Shown: positions 13,381-26,375, counted from the first letter of the whole stretch. The stretch: DNA of 63,341 bases, filler included, from Reclinomonas americana ATCC 50394 (GCA_048213135.1; 6 parts of 5 records of this genome joined end to end with filler, not necessarily neighbours in it); one strand, 5' to 3'. Numbers and translations: made by a program. Notes: generated by a model not told the origin, from the letters alone.

Positions 13381-13617
13381 ATGTCGCTCCCTGCGCTGCG
13401 GCCACTGGGTGTGCTGCTGGGCTCCGCGAGCGTGTCATCGATGCCCGGTGTGCCAGCGGGCTTTGTGGCACTGCCCATGGATCGGACAGTGAGCGAGGAC
13501 GATGGCTTGCCGGCGCCTCCGCGTCCAGGCGCACTCATGCACGGCAGTGTGGAGCTGGTGCCACTACGTGGTGGTAAGAGAGAACGCGCGTGTGTGTGCA
13601 GAGAGTGAGAGCTGAGT

Positions 13618-13648
<31 letters not shown>

Positions 13649-14301
13649 CGGTGAATGTGGGTCCAGCGTCGGTGGATATCGCGGCAATGACGGCGGCGTT
13701 GATGCATGGTGGGGCGACGGTGAAGGCGACGGTGGTGGGGCATGTGGTGACGCGGGCACAGGCGAGAGCTGGCATGTCGGAACCGTTTGTGCATGCGGTG
13801 CCGGTGGTGCGAACGCGGGCGCAGCTGGCGCGACACTTGGCACTGCCGCATCCTGTGCTGCCACCGCCTCTGCCACCGCCTCCACCTCCACCGGTGGCCA
13901 TGGTGTCACCGACTGGTGGTGCACGGCGACGACTCGATGTGGATGACAGCGGGGCGGAGACACCGAGCAGCAAGCGGAGGCGCGTGGGTGATGTTGACTG
14001 TGGCGATGGACCTCCGTGGGTGTGTCGACATGGCGAGTGCGATGGGAGAGTGTTTGCGTCGCAGGCCAATCTGCGGCGCCATGTGCGCACGTGTCATGCG
14101 TTGGCGGATGCGGCCGAGGGCGAGGCGCGACCGCACGAGTGTCCGCAGTGTCAGCGCCGCTTTGTGCGCAACTCGGATCTCACCACGCACATGCGCATTC
14201 ACTCGGGCGATCGGCCGTATGTGTGCCCCGTGCCCGGCTGCTCCAAGACCTTCACCACCAGCTCCAACTTGCGACGACACCAGCGCAAACACGAATCATG
14301 A
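13381..14301 (+). CDS. C2H2 zinc-finger protein (3 fingers)
   Basis: CRHGEC..LRRHVRTCH; CPQCQRRF..LTTHMRIH; SGDRPY linker; CPVPGCSKTF..LRRHQRKH. One GT-AG intron at ~13574-13648. Confidence 0.85.
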
Positions 14302-14309
14302 TGATACAC

Positions 14310-17300
14310 TCAGGCGGCAAACAGGCTAATTATTATGGCGATCGCCACGGTGGTGAGCCACCTGGGGTCGAGCGCTCGTATCGACCAGCCAGCATCTGTG
14401 CGTACATGGGTGCGAGTGAGCTTCAAGTCGACGCGACACGGGCGGAGTGGAACGCAACTGCTGGTGGTGGCCACGCGCAGGTTCTGGCTCGGTATGCTCT
14501 GCCCGAAGCCATTGATAGCACGAACATTGACAATGTACGAACTGCCAGGCGCCTTGTCACTGTACCATGCAATGACAGTAAGCGACAACTTGACAATCGT
14601 CGGCAACACACACACAACCACAAAAGAGTACGCAACCCGACGGTGATTCTCTGCGCCGTCACGACTTCGTACGTGCGCGGCTCCTCGGTGCCATCCTCCC
14701 TCATCACCGTCACAATGTACTTGGTCACGCTGCCGAGACCGGTATATTGTGGTGGCGTCCACGACACCGTAAAGGTCGACGTGGTGGCACTCTCGGTCAC
14801 GAGCGAAGACGGAGCCGCCGGCTCCGCAGCTGCGCACACAGGTGCACTTGTCAGTGAATCGACACGCACATGCAATCTAAAAAAAAAACGCGTCAACTGT
14901 GCGCAACTCATGGTCGACTGTGTGATGGCCGTGCTGAGGATACTGTACGACGAACTCTTGACGGCGAGCACCTGCAGACACAAGCACGGTGAGCGCGCAC
15001 ATCAACGCACTACATATACAAAGGAGCGACGTCGACTCACTTGGAACGTGTATGTCGACTGCGGTTTGAGGTTCTTCACAATGCCACACGGGGAGATGCC
15101 ATTGGCCGTGGCCACACTGCCGAGTGGGCCCGCGTCCAGGAATGCCGTGTCGCCCGGTCGGTACACTTGCCGCATGTACTTGGCGTAGTACACAATGCGA
15201 TACGAGTCGACAGTGGCGGAATCGGGACCCGTCCAGCCAATGGCCACCACATCGCCACCGTAGCCCTTGATTCTCACACCTTGCACTTGTGCCGGCGCTG
15301 CGATGTGAATGCAAAGTGAGAAGACAGGGAGACACACAATAGCCGAAGCGAAACAAACGCACCGTCTTGCAGAGTTGTCGCCTGCTGGAAAAACGCCGAG
15401 CTTTCCTCGCCCCAGCCGACAATGTTGAAGGCGGCCACAGAGAATCGGTACACGGCACCCGGTCGCACCGACACGCTGGCGTTCAGTTGTGTTGCCGTGG
15501 TGCTGACCGGCTGTGGCGAATCGCCCTCAAAGACCTGCGTGCTGACGCGATAGGCCGTGATGCTGCTGGTCCCGATACTCGTCGGTGCCGACCATCGCAC
15601 CGCCAGGGTGGTCATTGTCGGCGCAAAATCTGCCTGCACGTTCACAGGCCGGCCAGGAACTTGCCCTGTTGTGTAACAAAAAAAAATGAGTGGATGAAAC
15701 ATAAATGCACCCCACGACATGCTCAGCGCTTGCACAACAAACCTGTGGTGACTGGATTGCCGTTCAGCGACGTTGAATCCAGTGCAAACTGCGACGGTCG
15801 CGGCGAGACACCGGCGTTGTTCGCCGCTCGAATCTGGAACGAGAAGAAGAATGAGCACGCACTCTCTCCCCTAAAAAGCTCCGCTCCTCCACGCCAACGC
15901 ACGTCAATGTAATACGCCGTCCTGGCTGACAGATCCGACAGCGTGATATTCGTGTACGAGGTGGTGATGGTGGTCGCATTCACCAATTGCTCCGCACGAT
16001 ACATGACGTTGTAGATGGTGATGGGGCCGCCGCCTCCTGTTTCCACCGGCGGATCCCACGTGAGTCGCAGCCTGTCAGCGGTCTTTGCAAAGAGCACTGA
16101 GCGCACGTTGCGCACGTTGCCGGGCACTGCGGCGGCGATGGTGGTGTGAATCTACAGACGTCCACAGACACACATACACACACACATGACGGCAGGGACA
16201 ACAGCTCTCACCAACAATCGGCGACGTGGTCGTCAACGTAATCACCGTGCCATCCCAACCCGTGGAGTACCCGTTGGTGGCTTGCACCTTGAACTGGTAC
16301 TTGGTGTTGCTAAACAAGTTGCTAAACGTCACCGTGCTCACCGACTCAAACTTGGTGGCCGGCGTCGACGACACCTCCAGCGTCTCCCAAATGGTCTCGT
16401 TCACCAGCCGACCGCGCACCACCTCGTACGCGTAGAAACCCGTGTCAAGTGGATACTGAGAGCCCGGCGACGCCGTCGACGACGACTGGATGTTGAACAC
16501 TGCGGTTCCGCTGGTGGTCGCCGCGCTGATTACCACGGGTGCCGGATATGGACCTGCAGCAACAACAGCATGTGAGTGAACAAGTTGGGGCACGCGGCGT
16601 GTGTACGTGGCGCACACTCACCGGCCACTGAATTGGTTGTGAATGTTGTGGCGAGCGACTGCGGGCTCGACTGCAAGCGATTGTTGACCAGGTTGGCCGC
16701 AATCAGCGACACCGAGTACCGGGTGTTCGGCACGAGGCCCGAAACAGTGCCAGAGCGATTCGTTGCGCCAGTGAAGACGGTGATCGAGTCACAGCCGTTT
16801 GAAGAGATAACAATGCGCCACTCTGTGATGAACGTGGCGTCGCCAACCAGTTGTGGATCCGTCCACGAGAGTGCCACCCACACATCCGACACACGGACCA
16901 CGGTTGGCGTTGGTGGCGCCGACGGAGCACTGCCGCTGCTGGCCGTTGTCACCGTTGTGATGCTGGTGGGAATGCTCTGCCCGATAGAGTTGATGGCAAA
17001 CACCCGGATAACATACAGCGTGTTGCTCTGCAGTGCCGTCACCGTGTACGTAGTGGGCGACAGGAATCCGCCCACCGGCGCCTGGAACGACGATCCACCC
17101 GTTGATGTTTCGACAACGAAGCCGGGGCTGAGCAGCGCGGTGCCACCGTACGTCACCGGTTCCTTCCACGACACGGTGAATGTCGTCGGTTGCACATTGT
17201 AAATGGTCACACCGAATGGGGAATCGGGGACGGCGCCTGTGAATGAGAGAGAGAGAGGAAAATGAGCGACATTGCAAGAAGATCACGCACACACGCGCAA

Positions 17301-19628
17301 AGTGGTGCCAACGAAACTCGGCGACGGCAACGTGATGCTGATGGATGAGCTGAATGAGCCGAACCCAAACTCGTTGACGGCGCGAATCTTGTACGAAGGA
17401 GAGTGAGCCAGCGTGGTCTCACGATCGGTGCACGCAACAAGTTCAGTTACCTTGACATCGACAGTGCGACCGCCGACCATATTTGTCACGTCCATGCGCA
17501 TGGGCAGGTCGTTTGTCAGGCCCGTGGACGCGTCAGTGGTAGACAGTGAGACCACCGACTGGCGAGTGAACTCGGCGAAATTGGCGGTGCCGGTGCGGTA
17601 CCAGAACGAGTAGGACGAGATGGTGCCGCCGCCCATGACCACTGGCCGATTGAACAGAACGGAGAACGTGGAGAACGACACGCGAGAAGCCACGAGGTCC
17701 GTGGGCGCATTCGGCAGCGAGGCTGTGGGCGAGTACAAATGAGCATGGACTGGTATGCACAGCGATGACACCATCACCACGAACCGTCCGTCGGCGTGGT
17801 GACAATCATGGTCTGGCGCGAGCCCACACCGAATGCCGTGATCGCAGACACCGCCAGTTCGTAGGCGGTGCCGGGAGCCAGATTGCTGACGAGCACCTGG
17901 CCGCCGGTCGCGGTGACAGTCGGAGCAATACTGACCTCCACTGATTCTGCGCCGCTGGTCACGAGCCGATACCACGCCGTGTAGCTGCTGACCGTCGGTG
18001 TGCCGAGTGTCACCGGCTCCGTCCACAAGAACAGGAGACTCTTGGTGGTGAGCTGCTGCACGTTCAGCGCGGTCGGAAAACCAGCCAGGGAGACTGTGCC
18101 GTGGGGGTGAGCGAGAAGCAAGCGGACGGCGGTCACGAAATACACACGACGCAAACCTGCAGGAACTGTCGCAATCACGAGGGGCGCACTGCCCGGTCCA
18201 AAGTTCGTCGGTTGTGCGTTTCTCGAGTACACCTGGCGAACGAGATCACAGTGAGCGAGTCATGGACAAACAAGAGATTCAAAGGCCAAACAAAAAGGGC
18301 AAGCAACGCACTCGAATGCTGTACGCGGTGTTTGCGCTCGGCAGCGTGATCACTGCCGTGTTCTCGTACGTGGTGGCATCGATGGTGCCGACAACGGTGA
18401 TGCTCGCCGCAATCTCGCGAGTGCCTGCCGTGCTCTGGTTCTGGAATCGCACCTCGTAGAACGGCGAGGTGAGGCCTCCTTGACCGACCAGCAGCGGAGC
18501 AGTCCACGTGAGCTCGATCGAGTTGGACGCGATGCGTCGACTGCTGGTAATTGATGCGGCGGCAGAAGGCACGCCACCAGCCGGCGTGGTCGAGAACGAG
18601 CCGACGTTGGCATCGACACCGGAGCCAGCACCCAGAGTTTGCGCGCGCGCCTGGCACGCAATACAGTTGGACCCACTGACGACTGACTTGGGAGGGCGAC
18701 AAAAAGAAAGACAACGCAACGACCACAGAAAACGACGAGTTCGCAGCGAATCGACACCCCGACACGCCAATGGCGTACCCGCCCGGCACAGTCGCGGTGC
18801 TCGTGACTGCGCAGTCGTCCATGTACCGCTCGCCGGCTCGACTGATCGAAATCGAGTATCGTGTACTGGTGAACGCCGACCCAATCACTACCGGGTCCTG
18901 AATAAACACGGTCACCGACACGTCGGTGATGAAGCGGAAGGAGATCTTTGGTGGCGATGAACGAGCTACAACAAAAAAACCGCAAACCACCACCCAATGT
19001 CAGATGCTGGCGAAGCACGCTCCTCAACACAACACACATACCGACGGCTGTGCGAATCGAGCTGATTACGGTGGACTGGCCGTTTGTGTTGCTGCCGCCG
19101 TCGACCACCTGGTAAATCTGCGAGTCGAGAGTACGCGTGAGCGCAAGGCGGTGATAAAGGAACCGCGCAGAGCACAGCTAGTCACCGTCACGTCGTACAG
19201 TGTGTCACTGAGGAGACCAACGAGTGCGAATCGAGGCTGGGCGCCAAATGGCTGAATGAGATTACCACTGGCGGTCGTGGGCGGATCCGTGCTTCCTGAT
19301 TCTCGATACAAAACCTGTGCGACGACGCACGGCAAAGCATGTGAGAGACGAGCGCGGAGAGGCACGAAAGAAGAGAGCGGAGACGGACCATGTAGTAGGG
19401 CGCCACAGGCTTGCCCCCACCGGTGGACGTCGGCAACTTCCACATCACAGTGAAGCCGCTGTCTGTCACGTCATATACCGACGGCGACGCCAGGACCAAT
19501 GCTGGCGGCTGCAAGGTGGTGAGCGGGATATTGGTCGGCGCAGTGCTGGCGCCCGTCGCCGCCGATGTGCCGGCGGTGTCTTGTGGGGTGACCTACGGCG
19601 ATGATGATGATGAGTGAGAAATCGGGAG

Positions 19629-19676
<48 letters not shown>

Positions 19677-21921
19677 CACTTGCACCACTGCAGAGCTGCC
19701 GGCGACAAATGTCGTGGACTTGATGCGCACGGTAAATGTCTGCGTGGTCAGAAAGGCGGGCTCGGTGGTGGTAAACGTGCCATCTTGCAGCAGGAACTCG
19801 ATGGTGGGCGCCACGGGCACCGACGTGCCGTACAGGTAAGCGTACGACTTGATGCCGTTGATACCGCACAGCACAGGCCGTGTCACGAACAACGTCACAA
19901 AGCCGACACCTTGCGAGACAATCACGGGCGCTACCGTGGAAGCCGACGGGCGAGTCTGCCGTGCAGTTTTCCGTGGTTAGGTGCGCTTCTCTGCTACGAC
20001 TGGAAAAAGATAAATAGAGTACGCACCTGGGCCACGGAAAAGTCCACAGCCACTGCGCCGCAGGTGACGCTGGTGGCCGACAAGCGTGTCGACGACACCT
20101 GGGCGCGCACCGTCGGTCTGCACGACGACGGTCCATTGAGGCCAGTGACAATGTTGGTGATGGTGACCTGGGTCACACTGGCGGTGCTGGCGTCGGAAGC
20201 AAACGAGATGGTCGGTGCTGTGCCTCCCAAGACAGTGCACGACGACAAGTCGATCTTGTAGGGCTCGGAGGTGGACAGCTGGGCACCAAGAATCGTGGGC
20301 CGCGTGATTCGCAGCACCATGGACGACGTCAGTCCGCCCGTCCACGTGCGCACATCCTCCATGGCGCACACAGGCACCGGCCCAGGCGCTGCGACGCAAG
20401 AGAGTGAGATACTATTAAAGGGAGAAGGAGGAGGGCGGGTGGTGTGTAACGAGACTCACCTTGCGAGGCTGTGGTGGTTGCCGCGGTGGCGGTCGACGGA
20501 TACAACACTGGCGATGTCGTCCACGGACCGGCGCCGACCTCGTTGATTGCACAGATGCGAAACAAGTAGGAGACGTCGGGATCCAAGTTCGAGGCCACCA
20601 CAGTGCCGCCCGTGACGAGACCCGTGACCGGGTCGGTGTACAAGGACGTGGCGGTACCAATGCCGCGGAACTGACCGATTTGCGTCGACGCCATCTCCAC
20701 TCCGTAGTACGGGCCAATCAGCGGTCGACCGATACGAATGGGAGCCGACCACGTCAAGCGCACCGACGTCGACGTGATATCAGAGAACACCACAGACGCG
20801 AGCGACGGCGGATCGGGTGTCATGCCTGGCAGAAGAAGAAGTACAAGTACAAGAATTAGACAAACGCACTCACATGTGCTGCGCTCTCCTCTCACGGCAC
20901 AAATGTGACGCACCCGAGCTGGCTGTGGTCACCTGAAGCGAGAAGCTCCACGTGCCATATCCCCACGAGTTGCGTGCACGCACGCGGAACTCGTAGCGCG
21001 TCGATGGCGTCAGATTGGCCACCGTGGCCTGCATGTCGCCCGCACCGCCGGTAAAGTTATCCGACGACAGCGTGCTCGACGACCACGAGTTGTCCTTGGT
21101 GGAGCGCTGCTGCATGACGTAGAACGGCGACACCAGCAGATTGTTGCCCGCGGTCGCCGCCGCTCCAAACAATTGCGGGGCGGTCCACGTGAGAACCACG
21201 CTGCGCGCCAGAATGTACTTGACTTGCAAGGCCGACGGTGCACCAGGTGTGGCTGCACGGCGAGGTGAGCGACGTGAAAGGAGGAAAGAAAGAGAGAGAG
21301 AGACAATGAGAAGAGCGACTCACCAGCAGTGGGATTCTGGACCTCGACAAACGGCGACAGCGGGCCTCGACCGTACAAGTTGACGGCATACACAGCAAAT
21401 CTGTACGTGACGCCCTGCACCAGCGAGTTGCTAAAGGCCGTCAGTGTAATGGCCGTCGTGCTGCTGCTGCCCAGCAGGGTGTCGGTCTTGCGCAGCACGC
21501 CATTCTCCGTAATCTGCACGCCATAGTCGGTGATGGCCGCGTTGCCCGAGTTGAGCGGACTGCTCCACAGTGCGTGTGAGATGAGAGAGTGTGTGTGTGC
21601 GTGGGCAGAGAGAGAGAGCGACGCAACGGGTCCCACACGAGCGCAATCTGATTGTCGGACTCGACTGAGAGGAACTGCGAGGCACCAATGGCCAGAGTCG
21701 CGCGCAAGTTGAGCGGTGCCGCGGGTGACCCATCAGCCACGCTATTGCTCGTCACCACAGTGGTCACAGTGGACGCGCCACTCACACACAGTGCACACAG
21801 CAACAACAGCAGCAGCACCGCAGCGAGAGGCCGCACTGTGTGAAAGAGAGAGAGTCAGACATGTGAAAGAGGAGAGCAAGAGAGAGAGAGACAGTCATCA
21901 CGCACCACGCGGTGTCCTCAT
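14310..21921 (-). CDS. Large secreted, probably GPI-anchored fibronectin type III repeat protein (~15 FN3 domains)
   Basis: Signal peptide MRTPR|VRPLAAVLLLLLLCALCVSG. Repeated PxxP..V.W..P....Y....L.P.T.Y.F.V.A.N..G motifs across many GT-AG-separated exons. C-terminus is TTSNAGWS...WLTTVAIAIIISLFAA-stop with no cytoplasmic tail. Confidence 0.85.
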
Positions 21922-22037
21922 TGCAGCGAGGAGAGAGTGCGTGAGGCGCACTGTGCGTCACGATGAAAGCAGTGAGTGTCTGAAGCAGACAGAATTTCAC
22001 GCGAGCGTGACCCTTGCGCAACAAACAAACGTCGATC

Positions 22038-24794
22038 ATGCAACGCGCGTCATCGCCGACACTTTCCACAGTGATCAGTCCACGCGCCGCCACTGATCCA
22101 GGTTACACTCTCTCTCTCTCTCTCACACACTCACTCTCTTCTTCACTGTCTCATCTCTGAGCGCCCACAGAGTTCGATGTGGCGCACGTGAGAAGCACCG
22201 TGCGCATGCTTGCGCAGCTCACCGACGACGACGATGATGATNNNNNNNNNNNNNNNNNNNNNNNNNNNNNNNNNNNNNNNNNNNNTTAATTAATTAANNN
22301 NNNNNNNNNNNNNNNNNNNNNNNNNNNNNNNNNNNNNNNNNAGCGTACTTGTACGTGTTTACGGCGTACGCGCATGATCCGACCAACCTCACGGGCCAGA
22401 GTCAGTGCATCGAACTGGGATTCATGCCGTCGGCGCTCGCCACAGACAGCGTGGCGGCTCCGAGCGCTGGTGCGCCGTCGACTGCGGCCAGTGATTTGGG
22501 AGGAGCGATGCCGGCCGAGGCCTATCGTGTGCAGGTACGAGTTTTTTTTTTGTTGTGTGTGTGTGTGTTGTTGTGTGGTGGCAAAGCTGGGATGCTGACC
22601 GTCCGGTGCAGATGTTTCTGCTGTTTGGCACCGATCGGCGAGCGCACACGTTTATCTTGGAGCGTCGGTCGCTGCGCTTTGTGGAGATTGAGCCGCGCGA
22701 GATCACGCCGTGGTTGGGAGACTTGCCAGCCACAGCCGTGTGTGCCGTGGTGACCACGCATTACCCGTGTGCGCATGACCACGAGCGTGGTGATGAGCAT
22801 GGCCACCACCGTCACCAGCATGCAGACAACGCACCGCCACCGCAAAAGGTGTATGCGATCGGTTGTCAGAACGGCCACGTGCGTGTTTGTGTCGTGTGCA
22901 CACGGACACTCAAGTGGAGCGCCGACTGGTTTGCCACCCCTGCATGCAGCGTACTCGTTCATATATTCTCTCACGCTGCTATTCGGCAGGCTTACGTGGG
23001 AGGGACCGGTTTCCACCTTGGAGGTTCTCAGCCCGCTGACCACCGAGTTTGGAGCGGAGCAGCAGACAGACGCCTCAGGCGCCGTCCTCACGCACCCGGC
23101 AGTGGAGGCACTGGCTGCGCAGCGGAAGCAGCAGCAGCAGCAGCAGAACGGTGGCAAGGCTCGTCACGGCGACTGTCCTCGTGCTGCGTTGCTCATCTGC
23201 AGTGCCATGGGCCACTGGCGTGTGCACCAGCTGGACGTAGAACGCGCAGTGCGCGCCACGGCTACCGCACACGCCTCGGCCAATTTGCCAGAGCGATGCG
23301 CGTTGCCGGCCACCTCTCTCTTTCCCGATGCAGGTGCGACGCGCGCATTTTCCCACAGCCCTGCATTGCGCTGCCTCACTTTCTCTGCAGATACGATATT
23401 GTCGCCGAGTGGTACCGAAAGGCACGCCCCGACCGTGGCGCAATTCACACTCGGCACCACTGTCGGCGACGAAGTCGAACACAGAATACGTGGCCTCATC
23501 GGCCGTGTCATTGGTTCGTCGGCATCCGGCGCTTCGCTGTGCATGCCGACACCGCCACCGCCACCACCGCGAACCAGCGACGGATCGCCTTCCGAGGCAC
23601 CATCACCAGTGGCCGCCGGACCGCAGTCGGTTGTCACAGGCGGTGCCTTGTCGCCGATTAGCGTGGGCGAAGGTACCAACTCCGACGACGACGATGACGA
23701 CGACGACGATGATGATCGGAAACGGATGATTGCACTCGGTGCGGACAGCAGCAGCGGTGGAGGTGGCGGCGGAGGCGGCAGTCGCGAGAGTAGCGGCCGA
23801 TTGGACTCAATCATGTGTTGCTGTCGCGTGGAATCACAGTTGCAGGTCTGTACAATACGTGTGTGTAATGTGCTCGTCAGTGTGCCGAGGAATTGAATCG
23901 TGTCGCAGCTGTCGCAGCGAGTGCTGGTCCCGCACGTGACTTCGGCGGTCGGCGATGACGCGGAAGAGGGTCCATTGTGTGCGGCCATTGGCACATACAC
24001 TGGATCGCTGCAACTCCTCTCCACGGTGCGCGTGCCGTGGGCACTGATTCAACGCAGCCGGCAGCACTTCAATTTTGCATTCGAGGTGAGCGTGCGCATG
24101 CGGAGGAGCCACACGCCTTCACCCCCGAATAACTGTGCTCTTGTAGGGTGCGCTGCAGCAGAGTGAAGACGAACTCGTCGGTGCGCTGCCGTGGCAACCC
24201 TCCTCAGTAGCTGTCGTGAATGCACGCTAATTTTTCTCCTGTTTCGCTACAGCGGACACTCCGGCCTTGCTGAGCGACTACCTGGCCGGTCCACTTCCAC
24301 CGCTGGTGGTTCACGTACGAGCACAACTGCAGTTGCCGAGACCAGTGTTTGGCGTGTATCAGATGTTCCCCCGGCGAGAGCAAGATGTGGCGTCGGCCGA
24401 GATGGTGGCCAACTCCAGCTTCGGCGCCCTCTCTGGTGCCTCCGGTGCGCCACTGATCGCCGCCACCCCCGTGCACCCGCGCACACCTGTGAGGCTGACA
24501 ATTGTGTGGCACTCGCAGATCGTGACTGGGACGACAGCGCACTGGCACGCGAGTTGACGTGCACCTTTGTCGTGGTGACCATGGGTTCGGTGCACTTTTT
24601 CAAGGTCTGTTCTCTCGCAAGGGGCGCTCAGAAGGCAAAAAAAGCTCACATGTTATTTGTCGCAGTGGGATCAAGACATGCTGGCGACGCTGTTCTGGGA
24701 GCGCGTCCGCGAGATCCTGGTGGCGAGCGGAGGCCGCGACGACCTGCTCCCGCGGTGCATCCGCGGCAGCATTAGCGGCGATTTCTGCAGCTGA
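22038..24794 (+). CDS. KPTN: Kaptin-like beta-propeller protein (KICSTOR subunit homolog), interrupted by a contig linker
   Basis: QCIELGFMP, MFLLFGTD, AIGCQNGHVRV, EGPVSTL, DSIMCC, IGTYTGSL and VVVTMGSVHFF are colinear with kaptin motifs as I recall them. Stop TGA at 24792-24794. The 5' exons (22038-22241) are tentative because they lie across a linker. Confidence 0.65.
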
Positions 24795-24799
24795 TCGTC

Positions 24800-24872
24800 G
24801 CCTCGTTAGCTCAATCGGTAGAGCATCAGACTTTTAATCTGAGGGTTGGGGGTTCGAGTCCCCCACGTGGCG
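24800..24872 (+). tRNA. tRNA-Lys(UUU)
   Basis: 73-nt cloverleaf GCCTCGT TA GCTC AATCGGTA GAGC A TCAGA CTTTTAA TCTGA GGGTT GGGGG TTCGAGT CCCCC ACGTGGC G. Anticodon TTT, intact A and B boxes, U4:U69 mismatch. Confidence 0.95.
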
Positions 24873-24877
24873 CACCC

Positions 24878-24903
24878 TTTTTGCTTCATTTTTTATTTTT
24901 TTT
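24878..24903 (+). terminator. Pol III oligo-T terminator of tRNA-Lys
   Basis: Three T runs (5 or more T each) immediately 3' of the tRNA. Confidence 0.7.
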
Positions 24904-24909
24904 CGTGTC

Positions 24910-26248
24910 ATGTACGCCAACACCGACGACGACGACGTTGGGGGAGGCAGTTCCAGTGCGCCCACAGCGAACGCCTTCAAGCAGGCAGAGAAGCGCTTTC
25001 GACGCCCACCACCACAAAAGCGAAGCAAGTCGACTTTGGTCGGCATTGACACGAGAAAGCACGAGGAAGATGTGATTGACACGCACCAGCCTCCCATCGA
25101 CAGCCCTCTTGTGGTGGTGAGAGCGTGTGCGACACACACTCCTTTCTTGTCGCAGGCCACTCACGCATTCAGCAGCATCTCTCTGAGATTGCATTCTCAC
25201 TTCGATCGCATCCCGGTCTGGTGGTTCTCCCGCGATTCTTCTCGCCCGTGCAACAGCAGTACTTGGTGTGGCGCTCGCTCTGTGAGCTGCCCAATGCGCC
25301 ACACTTGACCAACCTCACGCCCTTTGATGGACTCTTTGACGACTTTTGGCGCGTCTCTTCGACCAGTGAGGCCAAGCGGCGCGCATTGCGGTGGACCACG
25401 CTGGGTGAGGAGGCTGGGGGAAGAAGTTGCAGGTGATCGACTGGAGCTGATCTTCTTCGGCCTGCACAGGGTATCACTACAACTGGTCGGAGCGGACGTA
25501 CAGTCGCGATCGGCACTCGCCGTTCCCTGCCGATGTGGCGCGCCTGCTGGCGATGGCCTGCGATGCGGTCGGCGTTCGCATGGCTCCCGAGGCAGCGATT
25601 GTCAACTACTACCATCACGATTCGACGCTCAATGGGCACTTGGACGACGTGGAGGAGACCATGGAGGCGCCGGTGGTGTCCGTGAGGTGTGCGTGTTTGT
25701 AGTTTTGTGTGTGTATCGCTCCTCCTGTTGACTGCTGCGATGTGCAGTCTGGGGTGCGACTGCATTTTTCTGCTGGGGCATCGCACCAAGGAAGAGGCGC
25801 CAGTGCCGCTGCTGTTGCACTCGGGCGATGTGGTCATGTTGGGCGACTACGCTCGTGTGTGCTATCACGGTGCGTGTGTAGATGGATGTGTTTGTTTGCG
25901 TGTATGTGTGAAGCTCTTCCTGACCTTTGTTGTGCGCGACCAGGAGTGCCACGCATCTTTAGTGGAACGTCGCCTGCCCATTTTGCCGAGTGCCTGCTTT
26001 CGGCCGACGCGCTGGCAGTCGTGCGAGGTGACAACGACTCAGCGGCCGTGGAAGAGTTGCAGCCGCTTGCGGAACGTGTTCATCGCCAGTGGCCCGACAT
26101 TGCCGATTATATGGGTATGTGTGTGCATCAACGATCTATCCTTTCTCTCTGTATGGACTCAAATGGCGTGGGTGCTGCAGCGACCAGCCGTGTCAATCTC
26201 AACGTTCGACAAGTGTATGCGAGCATTAACGGCGCGGTAGAAGACTAA
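24910..26248 (+). CDS. ALKBH1: ALKBH1-like Fe(II)/2-oxoglutarate nucleic-acid dioxygenase
   Basis: NAFKQAEKRFR, HPGLVVLPRFF, LRWTTLGYHYNW, EAAIVNYY..TLNGHLDDVE (HxD), SLGCDCIFLLG, LHSGDVVMLG..RVCYHGVPRI, RVNLNVRQV. Stop TAA at 26246-26248. Confidence 0.92.
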
Positions 26249-26375
26249 TGATGGATGGTAGGTTAACAAGAGGGGAATCAGCCGTGTTTTTCATTGGCAA
26301 TCAGACTCCTCAAGATATCGAAACACGGCTACTTGAAGGAGGAGCACTGTGTCAGCAGTGGAATGTTGACGGGCC

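Noticed and set aside
14935..14945. GTATCCTC on the minus strand in the FN3 gene
   Set aside because: Lies within an in-frame exon (YSIL) with no matching branch site or acceptor.
22286..22297. Palindromic TTAATTAATTAA flanked by Ns (also at 27035, 52610, 56233 and 60953)
   Set aside because: Artificial six-frame-stop contig linker, not a transposon target site or biological repeat. Adjacency across it is unverified.
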